Source of the DNA: Eutreptiella sp. 'Long Island Sound 2002'
Lineage: Eukaryota > Protista > Euglenida
Assembly (NCBI GenBank): GCA_964036045.1
Contig: OZ038378.1
Span: forward strand, 6,510,001-6,574,000
Length of the DNA: 64,000 nucleotides
Direction: 5' to 3'
Below, in pieces: positions 34,101 through 46,756 of the stretch. A program made the translations under genes and the position numbers. Every line of letters begins with the position of its first letter. The stretch's first letter is position 1. The notes under the pieces are model-generated. The model had not been told where the DNA came from. It saw only the letters and a list, made by a program, of their open reading frames with translations, and did no database searches.

Positions 34101-37100
34101 TAGTGTCAACTCACGGAGGCTCGCTGTTAATTCCTATAGGCCGAGAGGCTCGCTGTCATCTCTTGGAAGCTGATTGTTAATTTGTGGAGGCTTGTGGTTA
34201 ATTCTTGGAGGTTGCGATTTTGTCACCATTCGTTCCAGTGCATGTGACCTTCACACCATCAAAAAGCCATGACACAGACATTGCGTTGTGGTGACAAGAG
34301 CCACACCAGCAAAGTTCATACATGGGAAGCATGGTACAGTGCAAACAAGTGTTTTGTGTGATGTTTGATCAGGACACATCAGAGCAAGTAACTGGCAACA
34401 GCGCGAATATCTTCGATCGGTTGTACAAAGAGGCAAAGGACATCAAAGCCCGAGACCAGGAGAAGGAAAAGAAGAAGCAGGAAGCCGCCAATGCCGCGGG
34501 CAAAAAGGTCAACGAAGGCGTGGTCATTGAACGGTTGTACAACGCCAAGTGTGGAAATGTGAAGCGGGCCGTTGCTGAGGAGCAATGCAGCTTCAAGCCT
34601 AGCATCCACCCGGCCCCCGGCGCATCTGATTCCAGCACAGCGGACGGTGTATTTGATAGGCTGACCAAGCCTGTGACCAAATCTACGAAGGCTCCCAGAG
34701 AAGAGATCCCAAGTTTCAAGCCCAGTATCAATCGCAGTGAGGGTGATGATTCTGGTGCACAGGAAGTGGTATGTTCCCTGAATGAAAGAGTCGTGTTTGC
34801 ACATGCATTGGGGTGGCTTTCCAGGTGCACTGGCCCTCCATCCCCATCCCCCAATCTGTCCCAAGATGGACAAAGCATTTTGTTTCTCCAGCGTGGCATC
34901 CCTCATCATCCCCTCATCAGACCTTGTGCTGAAACTAGGCGCCACTGGAGTGGGGGAGGGGATGGGGTTCAGGGCTGATGGTTGGGTGGGTGGGTCACAG
35001 AGCCAACCCCGTTGGTAAATTTCATTTCCCTGAAGAACCATTTTCTATTGTGAGTGGGTGGGTTTGTGAGTCAGCCAAAAAATTCGCACTTCCCAATACT
35101 ACCGGAGTGGCACGCCACCCTGCCATGGCTGGCCACCACCCAAAACACTGGAACCCTCCTTTCCCCAAAGTGGATCAGATAACCCAACTCATCACCACCA
35201 AGGGGCCCCTTGAGGACTTTGCCTAATTCTGCGGAAGTGCGACGAGGAGGATGCGTGTGGGGGGGTTTCTGAGTGTCTATTTTTCGAAAGGCGCCTAGCC
35301 TCATGACATCATGACACGATCATTGTTTCCTGGCATTTTCTTGTTTTGATTGCTCTGTGGCCTGAAGAGGTGTTCCTGGTGCCAACGTCTTCATTGTTCC
35401 TGTGATGCTGTGCGACGCAGTCAACAGGGGTGATTTGCTTCGTTTGGTTCCTACACGAGTGTGTGGGGGGGGGTGCCTTTTTTTTTTTTTTTGTAAAATT
35501 GGGTGCCTGCTTGCTGAAATCCCCCCTCTCCCCTTCTGTGCAGCTGTATGCCAGAAACATGGGTCCGGTTTGCATTACAGGGCTCCTAAGTAGCCGGGAT
35601 TTCGGTGACCTTTGGTGATTGGTGGTTGGGGAGTTTTTTACACTCGGTGACTGCGGTGACTGGCAATTTACAATAAGAAAAGTGAAACAACAAGGGGCAT
35701 GCAGGGGCTGTGTTACTCGTTACTGCTGTGCTGACATGTGGTTTGTTATGTACTGGGTGTATCAAACCATTGAAAGGCCCCCCCCAAAAAAGTTGACAAA
35801 AGTCGGGAGGAAATATCACAAACCATTTACCAACGATCAGGCAATGACGGGATGCATCCCACAACCCCTTGTGCAGTTATTTACAAGTTTTTTTTTACAG
35901 TTGTTTACAAGTTTGTTTTACAGTTTTTTTTACAGTGTTTTACAGTTTTTTTTACAGTTTTTTTTACGTTTTTTTTTACAATTTTTTACAAGGCCGTGGA
36001 ATGGGCCGGTGACTTCGGTGCCAGAGACTTAGGAGGTCTGGCATTAATTCTACGATACCTCCTCTGGCTCAGACAACGAATAAGGGCCAATAATGTTCAC
36101 TTGCTGGATCATATCAATATCATGCAATACAGAGATGGAAGCAGTGCTGCTATGGTCCTTTGTGCCAGGGGTGGATATATAGTGATGACATTACCAAGGT
36201 GGGGGGGGGGTGAAGGGGGCTGCTGAGCCAGGAGGCAGTGATGATGGAATGACGATGACGATTGCTCCTTTTTCGCTTTACAGGTATGTGCATTCGCAGA
36301 CTTGGATGAATCTGCAGCTGCACTGCCACCTGGATTTTGGACTGTGTGGACTGTCTTCATGGGGTGCACCAACCCCTGTGCAATGGATTGTCTTGAAATC
36401 CCTGTCGCCAGATTGGCTCAGTGGCTCAGTGGTATAAAATCTAGGGCAGCACTGTGCGGCGCCTTTTTTGCCATCAGCCCTCTCGTAAAACTGCTGGTTC
36501 AGCCAAACGGGTCAATTGTAATCGCAATCGTCATGGGGGGGGGGGGCTGGGGGGAGGACCCCCCCCCACTATATCCACCCCTGCTTTGTGCGCATTTGCA
36601 GTCTTTGGTAGGTGGGTGCCTCTCGCCCCTGACCCCCCCCCCCCCTGTGCCCCTCACCACAGGCTGTGGGTAGGGTTCAAGAAGTGGGTACCAGTTGGTA
36701 CTTCCGGATGCACACACTGGTTTACTAAGGCAGGGCAGGGGCTGCAAGCACCTGGCAAGGTCAAACGATGTTTGTTTCAGTGGTGGTAAAAAAAAAAGCG
36801 AAAACAAAAAGGGCAGAAAAACTGCATGAGGAAGGGGGGCAAACTCAGAATTTTGGGGAAAGCACATGTTCGGGCCCTCAGGAGTGAATTGTCCACATAG
36901 CACGTTCAGCAACAGTGGGGAAAGTATTTCCCACATCACTAGTGGTAAGCACCCTCCAAAGGCACTGTTTTGGGAAAGAATGCCGGAGCTGGTATGGGAG
37001 GGGCACCAAGGGGCAGAAGTAGCATATGTGACTAGAGGGACAATTGCCTCACTCTCAGCTACCAACAATAAGAAAGAGACCGGGATTCTGGGTTACCAAG

Positions 37101-40100
37101 TGTTACGCATCCGTGGTGCATCGCGTTTTGGGCATTTTGCCTTCTAGAGAAAACTAAGGGTGGCTTGGCACCGTTGTCTGCGAGTGGGGCAACCCTGTCC
37201 CTTGTGTGGGAGGCGCAGACGCTGCACAACCTCACAACCGAACCTAAAGGCCTGGGGCGAGGAGCGTGCAATTCCATGTGTCTTGCAAATCCCGTTTAAC
37301 AAGCAAACAATAATGGCCAAACATGATAGCATAATTAACCCATTGCCTTCCAAGACTTGGACAATACAAATACTCAAGTACCCGGCATATTCCTTTTAGT
37401 GTTTTCCAATTCAGATGGTTGGTACATAACCTGTGCCGTATTGGGGTCCCCAAAGTGAAAAAAACCGAGGTTGTGAACATTGCCTACCGTATGGTAAGTC
37501 AAGTGTGGAGAGGAGTGATGTGGCTACATGAGCCTTGCCAACAAGGGTTATGTGACCATGTTATCCTCTCCACTTCACGGACACTGGTATAGTACACCGG
37601 GTGCATTACATCAGGTGTAGCTCACTACAAGGTAGTGCATGGGTGAGTTTCACCACATTGGCCACCACTGATAGCGAGACCCAGTGTCCAAGCCTTGGAA
37701 TGTATTTTGTCTGAGAGAGCTTGCGCAAAAGGACCCCCTTCCAAGTATACCCCCAAAACATGCCTGTCACGGACTCCTTTGTTGACATGTCGTTCCATAC
37801 CTTCTGTGAGGCCAAAGGAAGATGCAACATGAACAGTATAGGAAGCCTTTTGTGCGACATTGGTGCTCCAATACACATAACACTCTCAAACATTTTGGAA
37901 AATGCTTTATCTTACTCACTGTGTTTTTGTCACATTGGTGTGTGTATCAACACAATCAGTACAATTGAGATGGCAAAACCAAATATTGCCAGCATGGCAA
38001 ACATCTTTGAGTGGTAGTGGGCAATGACATTGCTACTTTGTCCCACTTGTGGAGCAAGCTACAAGTTCTTGGTTTGGCTAGATGGCCAAATAGTTGCGCA
38101 GCGGGCGTTGTGCATGCTGCCCTTTAAAATTAGGTTTTGGAACCCCTTTGGTTTGCATGCCGGTGCTTCTAATTTGTTTTGTTTTGTTGTGTGTGGTTGT
38201 CCCTTACCCCCCCAGCTCCCGCCACTCCACATAGCCTATCTGCTCAACAGGTGGTCGCCTCAAAAGGTCACTTGGGTTTTGGCGGGCTGGGGACTGTTTC
38301 TGGGATTGTTGGAAGGATGTTTGTGGTTGTTCCACCACGGCGCTGTAGTGGGGCCTAGGTAGGTTGTTTGCTCAAGGTGTTTGTTCCACTTTGCATGTAG
38401 GGGGCCTAAATAGTTATGTGCTTTCGGTGTTTGTTCCACCAAGGTGTGTGGTTGGTCCTAGGTAAGTTGTGTGCTTATGGGGGGCTTGGGGGGGGGGGCT
38501 ACTGAGGGTTATATGTGGTATGGACATGTGGGCAACCACCACTTTCATGCGTGGTTGAGAGGTGTAGCTGTATGGGGCCTCAGCAGTTGCACACACCTCT
38601 CATTGGCATATCGTTTGTGTTGCCCATTGTGGCTATTGAATTTTGGCCCACCACAACCACCAGAGAGCCCCATGGGCACAGCAGATTTGTTGATGGGCAT
38701 TGAGCGCGTGGAGGACACACAGCACAAAAGGTAGCGAGTCACCTGATGGAACGTGCACAATCTGAATTTACAGTTGCTGAATGTTTTTTTTGCAAACTGT
38801 TCTGTGAGAAGATCATTCACACACAGTGAGTTACACTTTTGAACAAGCTGATTTGGGTCTGATCAAAGCCCAAATCTCTGAACCCCCCCCCCCCCCCAAA
38901 TGGGGGCCAATTTCCCTGATTTGCCCAATTTCACGAAGGTTTGAATGCGCTCATTTTCCAAGTCACCACTAGTGTTACTGAGGGATCCTTTCGTACAATG
39001 AAAGGATGGGTGACATGTGATCGTCGCAGTATGGATCCAAACACCCAGATTGGGTATTTGTTGGCAATGCTCCACGGTGATGTCAACAACTGTATTCCGG
39101 AATGGGCAAAATAATTCCATAGATAATGTCCATATGTGCAATGCTTTGTGTAGGCTCGGCCATTGGGCCCCCCCAAGTTCTTGAAGTAGGAATGCAATAG
39201 GGAAAGGCTGGACCTCTGAAAACCATGCCAAAAACCTGCTGAAAGTGGTCCACCCATTTGTTGCCCCCATTTTGTTGGAAAATCCCCCTGATTTTTTTTT
39301 CGGGGGGGGGAGGGGTTGGAATCAACCTCAACAATACAGGACCCCTCTCCAGTACAATCGAAGCCTGATCTAAGCCTGATGCCCCCAAGCCTGGGCCCCT
39401 GCTGCTTTTGCAAACCCTGCTGCAGAAGAGCGCAGCATGTTGCTGTTCTCTACCCGCTACCCTTAGAAACCTGCTTATGTCCGCCTGTACGAAATTTCAA
39501 GCGCAAAGCAGGCCAAGGCAGCAGAGGCACGTGCTGAGGCCAAGGCTGGACAGGAGGCCGCTGCGAAAAAAGACGAAGAGGCAGAACAGTGTACCTTTGC
39601 CCCCAAGATCAATGCGTCGGCCAAGAATGCTGAAGCCCGGTACATGCAGCCTCGTGCCGAGTCGCCCCAGCGCGCGCGTACCGAGTCCCCAAGCCGGCAA
39701 CAGGCGAGCCCTGGCACTCCAAGCAGAGGCAGTGGGCATTGGACCCACGTATCGCCGCGAGTGGACTGTGGCCGTACCCAATCGCCTGCTGCTGCGCATA
39801 TGCGAAGCCCTTCTCCGACCTCCGGCAGCGCCCCCGGCCGCGCAATCGGGGTGCGGAGTCAAGCGGCGGCCAACATTCGAAGTCAGTCGCCGCGGCCGGG
39901 GACTGCTCCCCCTCGGGGCCGTGCCTCCACAAGAGAGGGCCGCGTGATCACCCCACGGCGCACTAACTCTCCGGGGGCAAAGGCAAAGGTGGGAAGCGTG
40001 CGCACGAGCAGCATCACGAGGACGAAGGTCGCGACGGTTGTCCCTCAAGAAGACCCTGGGCCGGCACAGGCTCAGCAGACTGCAGAAGCCGTTTGGAGGC

Positions 40101-40324
40101 AGTCCGAGCAGGCACACCTGCAGGCCACTGGCTCCCCCAGTGTTGCCGGGATGCTCGCAACCCCGACCTTATCCGAAGTCTCGGATGTGGGGTTTGCGGG
40201 CAATGGCAATCTTAATGTCTCTGGTGATGGGACCCCATCCCAAATTGGCGACGACGTGCTGGCCTCTTTGCCTCCAACAGTAGACACTGTGTATGGGGCT
40301 GCCCAGGAGGTGTCGATGTTTTAG
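31118..40324 (+). CDS. Low-complexity protein with repeated [FY]xRLY...FxPxI modules and an SP/R-rich tail; exons 31118-31588, 31811-31948, 34373-34768, 39467-40324 (620 aa); possibly cytoskeletal
   Basis: Three GT-AG introns, all phase 0, give a 1863-nt ORF ending TAG at 40322-40324. Repeats VFDRLY, IWERLY, IFTRLY, IFDRLY, VIERLY, VFDRLT, YVRLY alternate with FQPQV, FKPDI, FKPSI (x2), FAPKI. Function is inference only. Confidence 0.85.
32362..33009. mobile_element. AT-rich TIR element in intron 2 of the RLY-repeat gene
   Basis: Perfect 12-bp inverted repeat TACCGGGCAAAT / ATTTGCCCGGTA. TACCGGGCA also occurs at 62735. True ends and TSD are ambiguous (TA, or GAGG/CCTC further out). Confidence 0.6.
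35578..36040. mobile_element. CAG...CTG-terminated MITE with internal T-rich ACAG array
   Basis: TIR CAGGGCTCCTAAGT vs CAGACCTCCTAAGT (12/14); flanked by a 6-bp direct repeat GCATTA. Confidence 0.65.
36166..36583. mobile_element. hAT-like MITE, CAGGGGTGGAT family, copy 2, in intron 3 of the RLY-repeat gene
   Basis: TIR CAGGGGTGGATATA; perfect 8-bp TSD CTTTGTGC. Confidence 0.9.
37600..39150 (-). pseudogene. Decayed non-LTR retrotransposon (RT C-terminus to zf-RVT) antisense in intron 3
   Basis: Ordered minus-strand fragments QIPNLGVWIH (YLGV-like), GLSGGCGGPKF (GGxGxP) and MLHLPLASQKVW (zf-RVT-like); many frameshifts. Confidence 0.45.
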
Positions 40325-41884
40325 AGTCGAGGTGACGTCTGGGCCCGTTTGAAAGAATTGCAATTTCTCTTTCTCTTTGGAACAAGACTGGGCGTGTAGG
40401 AGAGGTGAGTAAGGCCGGGGCTTTTGCAATAGACGGTACCCCTCCCAACACACTTTTTGTCCTGCCAAGACAACCGACCTTTGAATTGGTTTGTGGCCTG
40501 GCCCCCCAGCCATTTCCATGAGACTTTCAACGGGCCACCGCCAATGCATATGGACGCACCGTGACATGCAAGGCCATGGGCTGGTTTCCAGATGGCTGCA
40601 GTTTGCTTTCAGTCGACCCTGGTGAACGTCGTAGCCTTACGTTTCAGGTGGCAGGGGTACGGTTTTCAGTGGTCGTTGGTTCACCATACGCATTTGGTGG
40701 TTGGCTGGCGCTCTGTTGAGGTTCCGGCGAAACGGTTCCTCCAATTTTCTGTGTCCTGTGCTCCTCACATGAGGAGTGTGGCAGACCATCATTCTGAGAG
40801 GAACGGTGCAACACCGGTGAGTTGGGTGAGGTGTGACTGCACGGACCAGAGTGGATGCAGTCACCCTTTGTTTCTGTCCACCGCCCCAATGTTGGGCGTG
40901 CTGACGGGCAGTTGTGCACTCCCTTTAGGTGCAGGTCTGGTTTTACTCCACAGCCACCTCCTGCAAATGCTCTCGGATGGAGGTACTGTCCTGTGCGATT
41001 TTTTCATTTTTCAAGGCAGATCCTTTGCATCATACGTCCCCAAGCAACCCCATCCCCGTAGCAAGTGCTCTGTGGCGAGCTTTTGGTGTCTAGCGCTGCA
41101 TGTGCTGCATTTGATTGCAAACAAGACTGAATTTGGGAGGCCAATCGAACGTCCCTAGGATCCGAACACATGCCAGCAACAATGGCAACAATGGCCTATG
41201 CTAGAAATGCTGCCACGGCAGGAAGTTTGCACACAGGGCTCTTCTGGGGTCCTAGCATTCCGCCCCAGAGTCATTTGGTCATTTGACCATGGTATCGCTT
41301 TCAGCTCAGCCTCCTAGTGTTCAACGTATTGGGGCAGACCCATGAGCTTGGTTCAAAAAAAGGGGATTGGCAGAGGCGTTTTACCATTTCCAACACGCCT
41401 CCCAGGTAAGGTATGTTTCACCAGTAGCCCCCATAATCATCCATGCACTGTACCGCCCACCATTAGAATCTTTCGTCTCATGCATCATCCGTTCGTGCTT
41501 CAGTTTCCCACCCTCTGCATAACAAGGGGCGCATTCGCTGCAAGGTGCCATTTTGTAAATGACATGGAAGTTCATCCTCCAAAACTATAAATAGAAGGAG
41601 TTGACTGACTCTCACTGCTGCTGGCTAATTAGATCACGACTGGTGGGGGGCGCTTGCGTATCTGGCCGGAACCCCCCCCTTCCCTCCCTCCCCGCAAACC
41701 CACACCAATGGCGAACACTGAGGAACAACCAACTTGAGTGCCAGCAGCGCCCAGAACATTTTTTTGGCCTCTGTGGACCGGGGCACAGAACTTGTTGCCC
41801 CAATGGGTTGATGTCCAAAATGCTCAGATTTGAATGGATTCAAATGAGGACTGTGTGTGCATTACACTCCCATTGTTTTTCTCC

Positions 41885-42105
41885 CCGAGATGGCAAGGGG
41901 TGTGTAGCCACCTCCTTTCTCCTGGAGACAACAGTGGTTATGTAGCCATTTCATTTCACCTTGACAAGGGCGGTGTCACGTAGCCTTGTCCCCTTGACCT
42001 AATGCGACAAAGATTTTGTAGCCACTTATTTCATCCCGAGATGGCACATGTTACGCAGCCGTTTCACCTTTTCCCGAGACGGCAGGGGTTGCTCAGCCAT
42101 TTCAA
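41885..42105. repeat. Degenerate ~37-bp minisatellite, also at ~63505-63620
   Basis: Recurring gagatggcaagggg...gtagccatttca units at both loci. Confidence 0.7.
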
Positions 42106-42842
42106 TACTAATTGTTCTACGTTGTGTTGGTACCAGCTTTGGGAAGTGCCGCAGAAAGCTCGTGTTGGTGTTGTATATTGATGTGGGCGATCACACGGTG
42201 CAGTTTGGACCATATTTGGCAAAGACTGTCATTTTGTGAAACCGCATCCCACTATTGACAATTTGTGGCAATTCGCCAAAAACAAAAACCAAGGATCGAA
42301 CCCATGACCTTTGATTCTGATTGTGACCTCATATGACACGTCCTGCCTGCTCACTTCGGGGCAAAATGACCAGGCGTTCTTCCAAGTGCCTGGTTCATTT
42401 TGATGGTGACATTAGGACTGCTCACATTTTCCCGCAAACACAGAGGCGGGACAGAGAAAATTCCTCCTCACATTTTCCCACAAAATTGCATGACCTCAGC
42501 CTTCTCAGGATGTACAATGGCTGAAGATGGGCAATCTTTCAGTTTTTGACACACTTTCACAGTGGAGTGACCACTGTGTGTCAGAGTGAGGGCACGAGGG
42601 CAAGGCCAGACACGGGCTAGGTGACAGGTCCACAGGCAGCAGCAGGCCGGTGCATGGCAGTTTGGCTGGAAGGAGGGTGGGGTAAGTGGTCAATTCCATG
42701 AACGTCCGGTGAATGGCAGGTTCCCATGGAAGCAATCTGGGCGCACTGTCCATGGCGGGAGAACTTCGCCCAAACAAATTGAGTTTCTGCCCACTATACC
42801 GCACTATGTAGCACAATGGCACCAGAAATTACAACACGCGCT

Positions 42843-43477
42843 GAACACGCAACACAACGCAGCACAAAGCAGCACAGCATAGCGCAGCGCAGCACAACAC
42901 AACACAACACAACACAACACAACACAGCACAACACAACACAACACAACACAACACAACACAACACAACACAACACAACACAACACAACACAACACAACAC
43001 AACACAACACAACACAACACAACACAACACAACACAACACAACACAACACAACACAACACAACACAACACAACACAACACAACACAACACAACACAACAC
43101 AACACAACACAACACAACACAACACAACACAACACAACACAACACACCACAACACACCACACCGCACCGCACCGCACCGCACCGCACCGCACCGCACCGC
43201 ACCGCACCGCACCGCAACGCAACGCAACGCAACGCAACGCAACACAACACAACACAACACAACGCAACGCAACACAACACAACACAACACAACACAACAC
43301 AACACAACACAACACAACACAACACAACACAACACAACACAACACAACACAACACAACACAACACAACACAACACAACACAACACCACAGCACACAACAC
43401 GACACGGTACGACACGACACGGCACAACACGATCCGATACAGCACAGCACAGCACAGCACAGCACAGCACAGCACAA
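42843..43477. repeat. Compound pentanucleotide microsatellite (CACAA, CACCG, CAACG, CACGA, CACAG blocks)
   Basis: Directly visible; accounts for the four long low-complexity ORFs here. Confidence 0.98.
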
Positions 43478-45317
43478 CGCGGAGAGTGCGCACATGTGTT
43501 TGACCAATCTGCTGTATCCCATGTGACACCCTGTATTGGAATTGAGGGCTGCCGAGAACAATAAGGGGACTCTTTTGGAGGAACGGAACTTTCAGAATGC
43601 GTCTCATTGGCGATATTCAGCTCCAGGATACCATGGGACTGCCTTGTTTTCGTTCCATTCAAAGTTTTGGGCATCTCTAGGTAATGTTGGGAAATGTTGG
43701 AGTGTTGGTTGTAAACGGTTCTGGAGTGATTGGGGTACAATCGTATAACTGGAATAAGCCCAAGCCAAGACATTGCAGCTATGTGTGTGCATTAGGCCAA
43801 CCAGAACGAGAATGAGCTTCTTGCTCAACACGGGTATGCTGTGGAGCGTCATGTACAATTTGCATGACAGAAGGCACAACACCAGGTTGCCCATCTGAGC
43901 GCGGTCGGAGTGGGACACCAAATATTTGTGTTACAAGTGTTTGGTGCAGCATAGAAGCCCGTTCATTACGAGTACAGATATCAAGATTGCGGTCCCTTTG
44001 CTTGTTCCAACGATCCATGCGCATTCTGACTACAGCACTCAGCTGTGGAGTTTGGATGATGCAGGTGAAGCAGTGGATCCCTCGGTGTCTTACAAGAACC
44101 TCCTTGAGAACATTCTCACCGGGGCAGCCACTGTGTTTCTTGACACTGAAATCTGAGCAGAGAGATGCCCACTGCCCACCTGGTCACAGACCACACCAGA
44201 AGACCTCCACACACATGCAGGCGCGTGCACGCACACGTACACAGGAGGTCCCAGCGTGGGGGAGGGAATGGGTGGGTCGGGCTGGGTTATTAGCCTCGGC
44301 CCAGGAGCTTCGTACATGTCTGTCAACTGCACACTCCTCTGACTGACCCGTCCTGGATTCCTTTCTGAAATGATGGCCCCCCTCCACATGCATGCAGGCC
44401 ATCCTCAGCTCCTCAGCCCCTATAAGGTCCTCCTCAGCTCCTGGTCAACACACATGCACCCGCAGGCCATTGGTCAGGAAACGGCTGCGGTGCACGTGGC
44501 TCGGAGGCCCACAACGGCCCCCAACGCACGGCATGTGCAGCCATGGGGTGCGTGTGAGGCACTGCTGCTCCTCGGGCAAGCGCCTAAATCAGGGGGTGTC
44601 TGCACATTGTGTAGTGGGGCGCCATCAAAGAGAATTTCAAATGCACGGATGGAACACCTATTCATGCCTGGCACAGGGGCTGCCGCCATGGCACTGCACT
44701 AGAAAGCAGAGAGGGGCCAAGCATTGTTGTGACAGGGTGGATAGCCTAGTGTAGGCTGTTATCAAATGACGAGAGGGGGCCAGTTCATCCCTCCAAAACA
44801 GCTTTCATGCAACTCCTCCGGACTCAGATCCCCACACATACCGCCAACCCCACCCGCCAGCGGAGCAACAGAGCCCATAGCATTCAGCCACTAGCATTGA
44901 CAATTGCAAGATGAGGAGGAAAGCACGGAGACCTTGTTTCGCCCCCCCCACCAGGATGAAGACATGGCAGACATCCGCAAGCAGATGACCCAGTCCTGTC
45001 TGTGTTTTCAGGTCCCGACTTTGCAGAAGGGGAGAAGCTACAGCCATAAAGAATGGCAGTTGTCTACATCCTCATCACTGCAACTGGGTCTCCATTTGAT
45101 GGTCCAGCGCATTCACGTGCACACACACACACACATTCGATGTGGCCTCTTCCCACTCCCATATCCCCCACTGATCTATGCTGGTTGCAGTCCTTAATGT
45201 GAGGTCCCTGTATTATGCCCTACTCCAGAGACTAGCCTAGGAGGCTGGGGTTGGGTTACCAGCACCCCCCCACCGCAACTAGCCCCCACCATGAGTACGC
45301 ATGCTCCCACCTGCCCG

Positions 45318-45321
<4 letters not shown>

Positions 45322-45388
<67 letters not shown>
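45322..45388. repeat. (CA)n microsatellite
   Basis: Directly visible. Confidence 0.98.
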
Positions 45389-45390
<2 letters not shown>

Positions 45391-46756
45391 GGGCAGGGCA
45401 AGGACCCTGAAAAGCCTAAACACTTTGCCCAAAAGGTTCCCCTGACAAGATGCAGTGGTGCCGCCTCACCCTGTATCCATGCTGCCATTCCCTAAGTTCT
45501 GTTCGCAGACGCCCAATCCCAGCTCTAACCAGCGCAGCTCCTGACATTCAACATCGAAAATGCTCCTCCGTAGGTGTGTTTCATCAGCTTGACATGCAGG
45601 ACAGTACTTCACCTTGCTTTGTGCCTTTGTAGAAATAGATGATCGAGTCGTTGTGTCCTGCGTTCACTCCAGAAACTCCATGTTTTCAGGCTACCTGTGT
45701 TTTGCCTTGTTGCTTTCGGTCTTCTGCTGTCAAAACAGACTACGCATCACCACTGCCTCTCCTTTGGACGAACGATTGTTTTGCGGCTTTGGGATGTACA
45801 TTTGATTTTCTGTCCTTTGTGGATGCTAGTGTATATTGTCCCTCCACCTGATGAGCAGAGCAAAGTCCACTGTGGTCACCAACGAAAATGGGGTTCATCC
45901 CAATGAATTCGCTGTGTGGCCAACCCCTTCCCCAAGACATCAGTTGTTCAAACATAACAAATTACTGAGAATACACATTCAGTCTCTAAAAATTTAGTTT
46001 ATGTCCATGAGCTAAGGTCCAATGACCAGCAGTACCGTTCTCTATTTTGGTGGGCCCAGCAATTCATCTTTGCTTTTGGCACTTTACAACATATCAAACA
46101 AATGTTATGTTGGCTGTTTTTTTTTTCATGTTTTCTTTAGTCATGCCATGCAACGTTGGGAAAATTTCCCCTCTAGCTGTCTGTATCCACATGAAGAGTG
46201 AGTACGAGGGTGTTTCTGCACAGTGTGAGCACCGTGCAATGGGTTTTATTACAAGATTACAATTTTCTGTTATTTGTTACATTTCTTCAAGAAGATGCCA
46301 CCAAGTCAAAAACTGATCATAAATGAGCCCAGTCATCATCCAAAAGAGCAATAGGCTGAACTTCCAAGTTTCATGGGCAAGTGAAATGTCACCTGCCGAG
46401 CACACCATGCTGCAACTAGGAACACCCCGAGAATGCAACCCTCTGCCATAAGCGAAATGGATAGTGCCCAGCAAATTGGATGACGATGGAGGGGGGGGAG
46501 GGGGGCAATGTGGGTTCACTGCACAAAGTGCGCAAAGAGGAGCAACCAGACAGAAAGAAATGGTGACAAAGCCCCCCTTCCTGCCCTGCCATGCCTTGTG
46601 ATTGACTGCTTGCGTGCCTATAGATTAGAGTAGAGTACATTTGACTGTGTTAGCAGATAGAGTGTTCACCACCATAACATACTACACCGCGACAACAGAA
46701 CAACCAATTGTGGTAGCCACAGCTACAGAAATGGAATAGTCTACGACCCAGTCTTG

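Noticed and set aside
35544-36609. Cryptic in-frame exon read through two MITEs (LYARNMGPVCIT...RYLLWLRQRIRANN...HLQSL)
   Set aside because: Restoring the pre-insertion site with the observed GCATTA duplication gives a different frame with an early stop. The long reading needs an arbitrary junction.
39408-40117. Overlapping ORFs 39408-39947 (+), 39497-40117 (-) and 39609-39932 (-)
   Set aside because: They are shadows of the GC-rich last exon of the RLY-repeat gene, whose frame is fixed by the TAG acceptor at 39466.
42794-43773. Four long ORFs (236-314 aa) of CCVVL / HNTTQ repeats
   Set aside because: They are translations of a stop-free pentamer microsatellite.
43780-45060. Exon-like scraps (SYKNLLENILTGAATVFLD; DEEESTETLFRPPHQDEDMADIRKQM)
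   Set aside because: Protein-like, but with no consistent gene model or family; needs transcript data.
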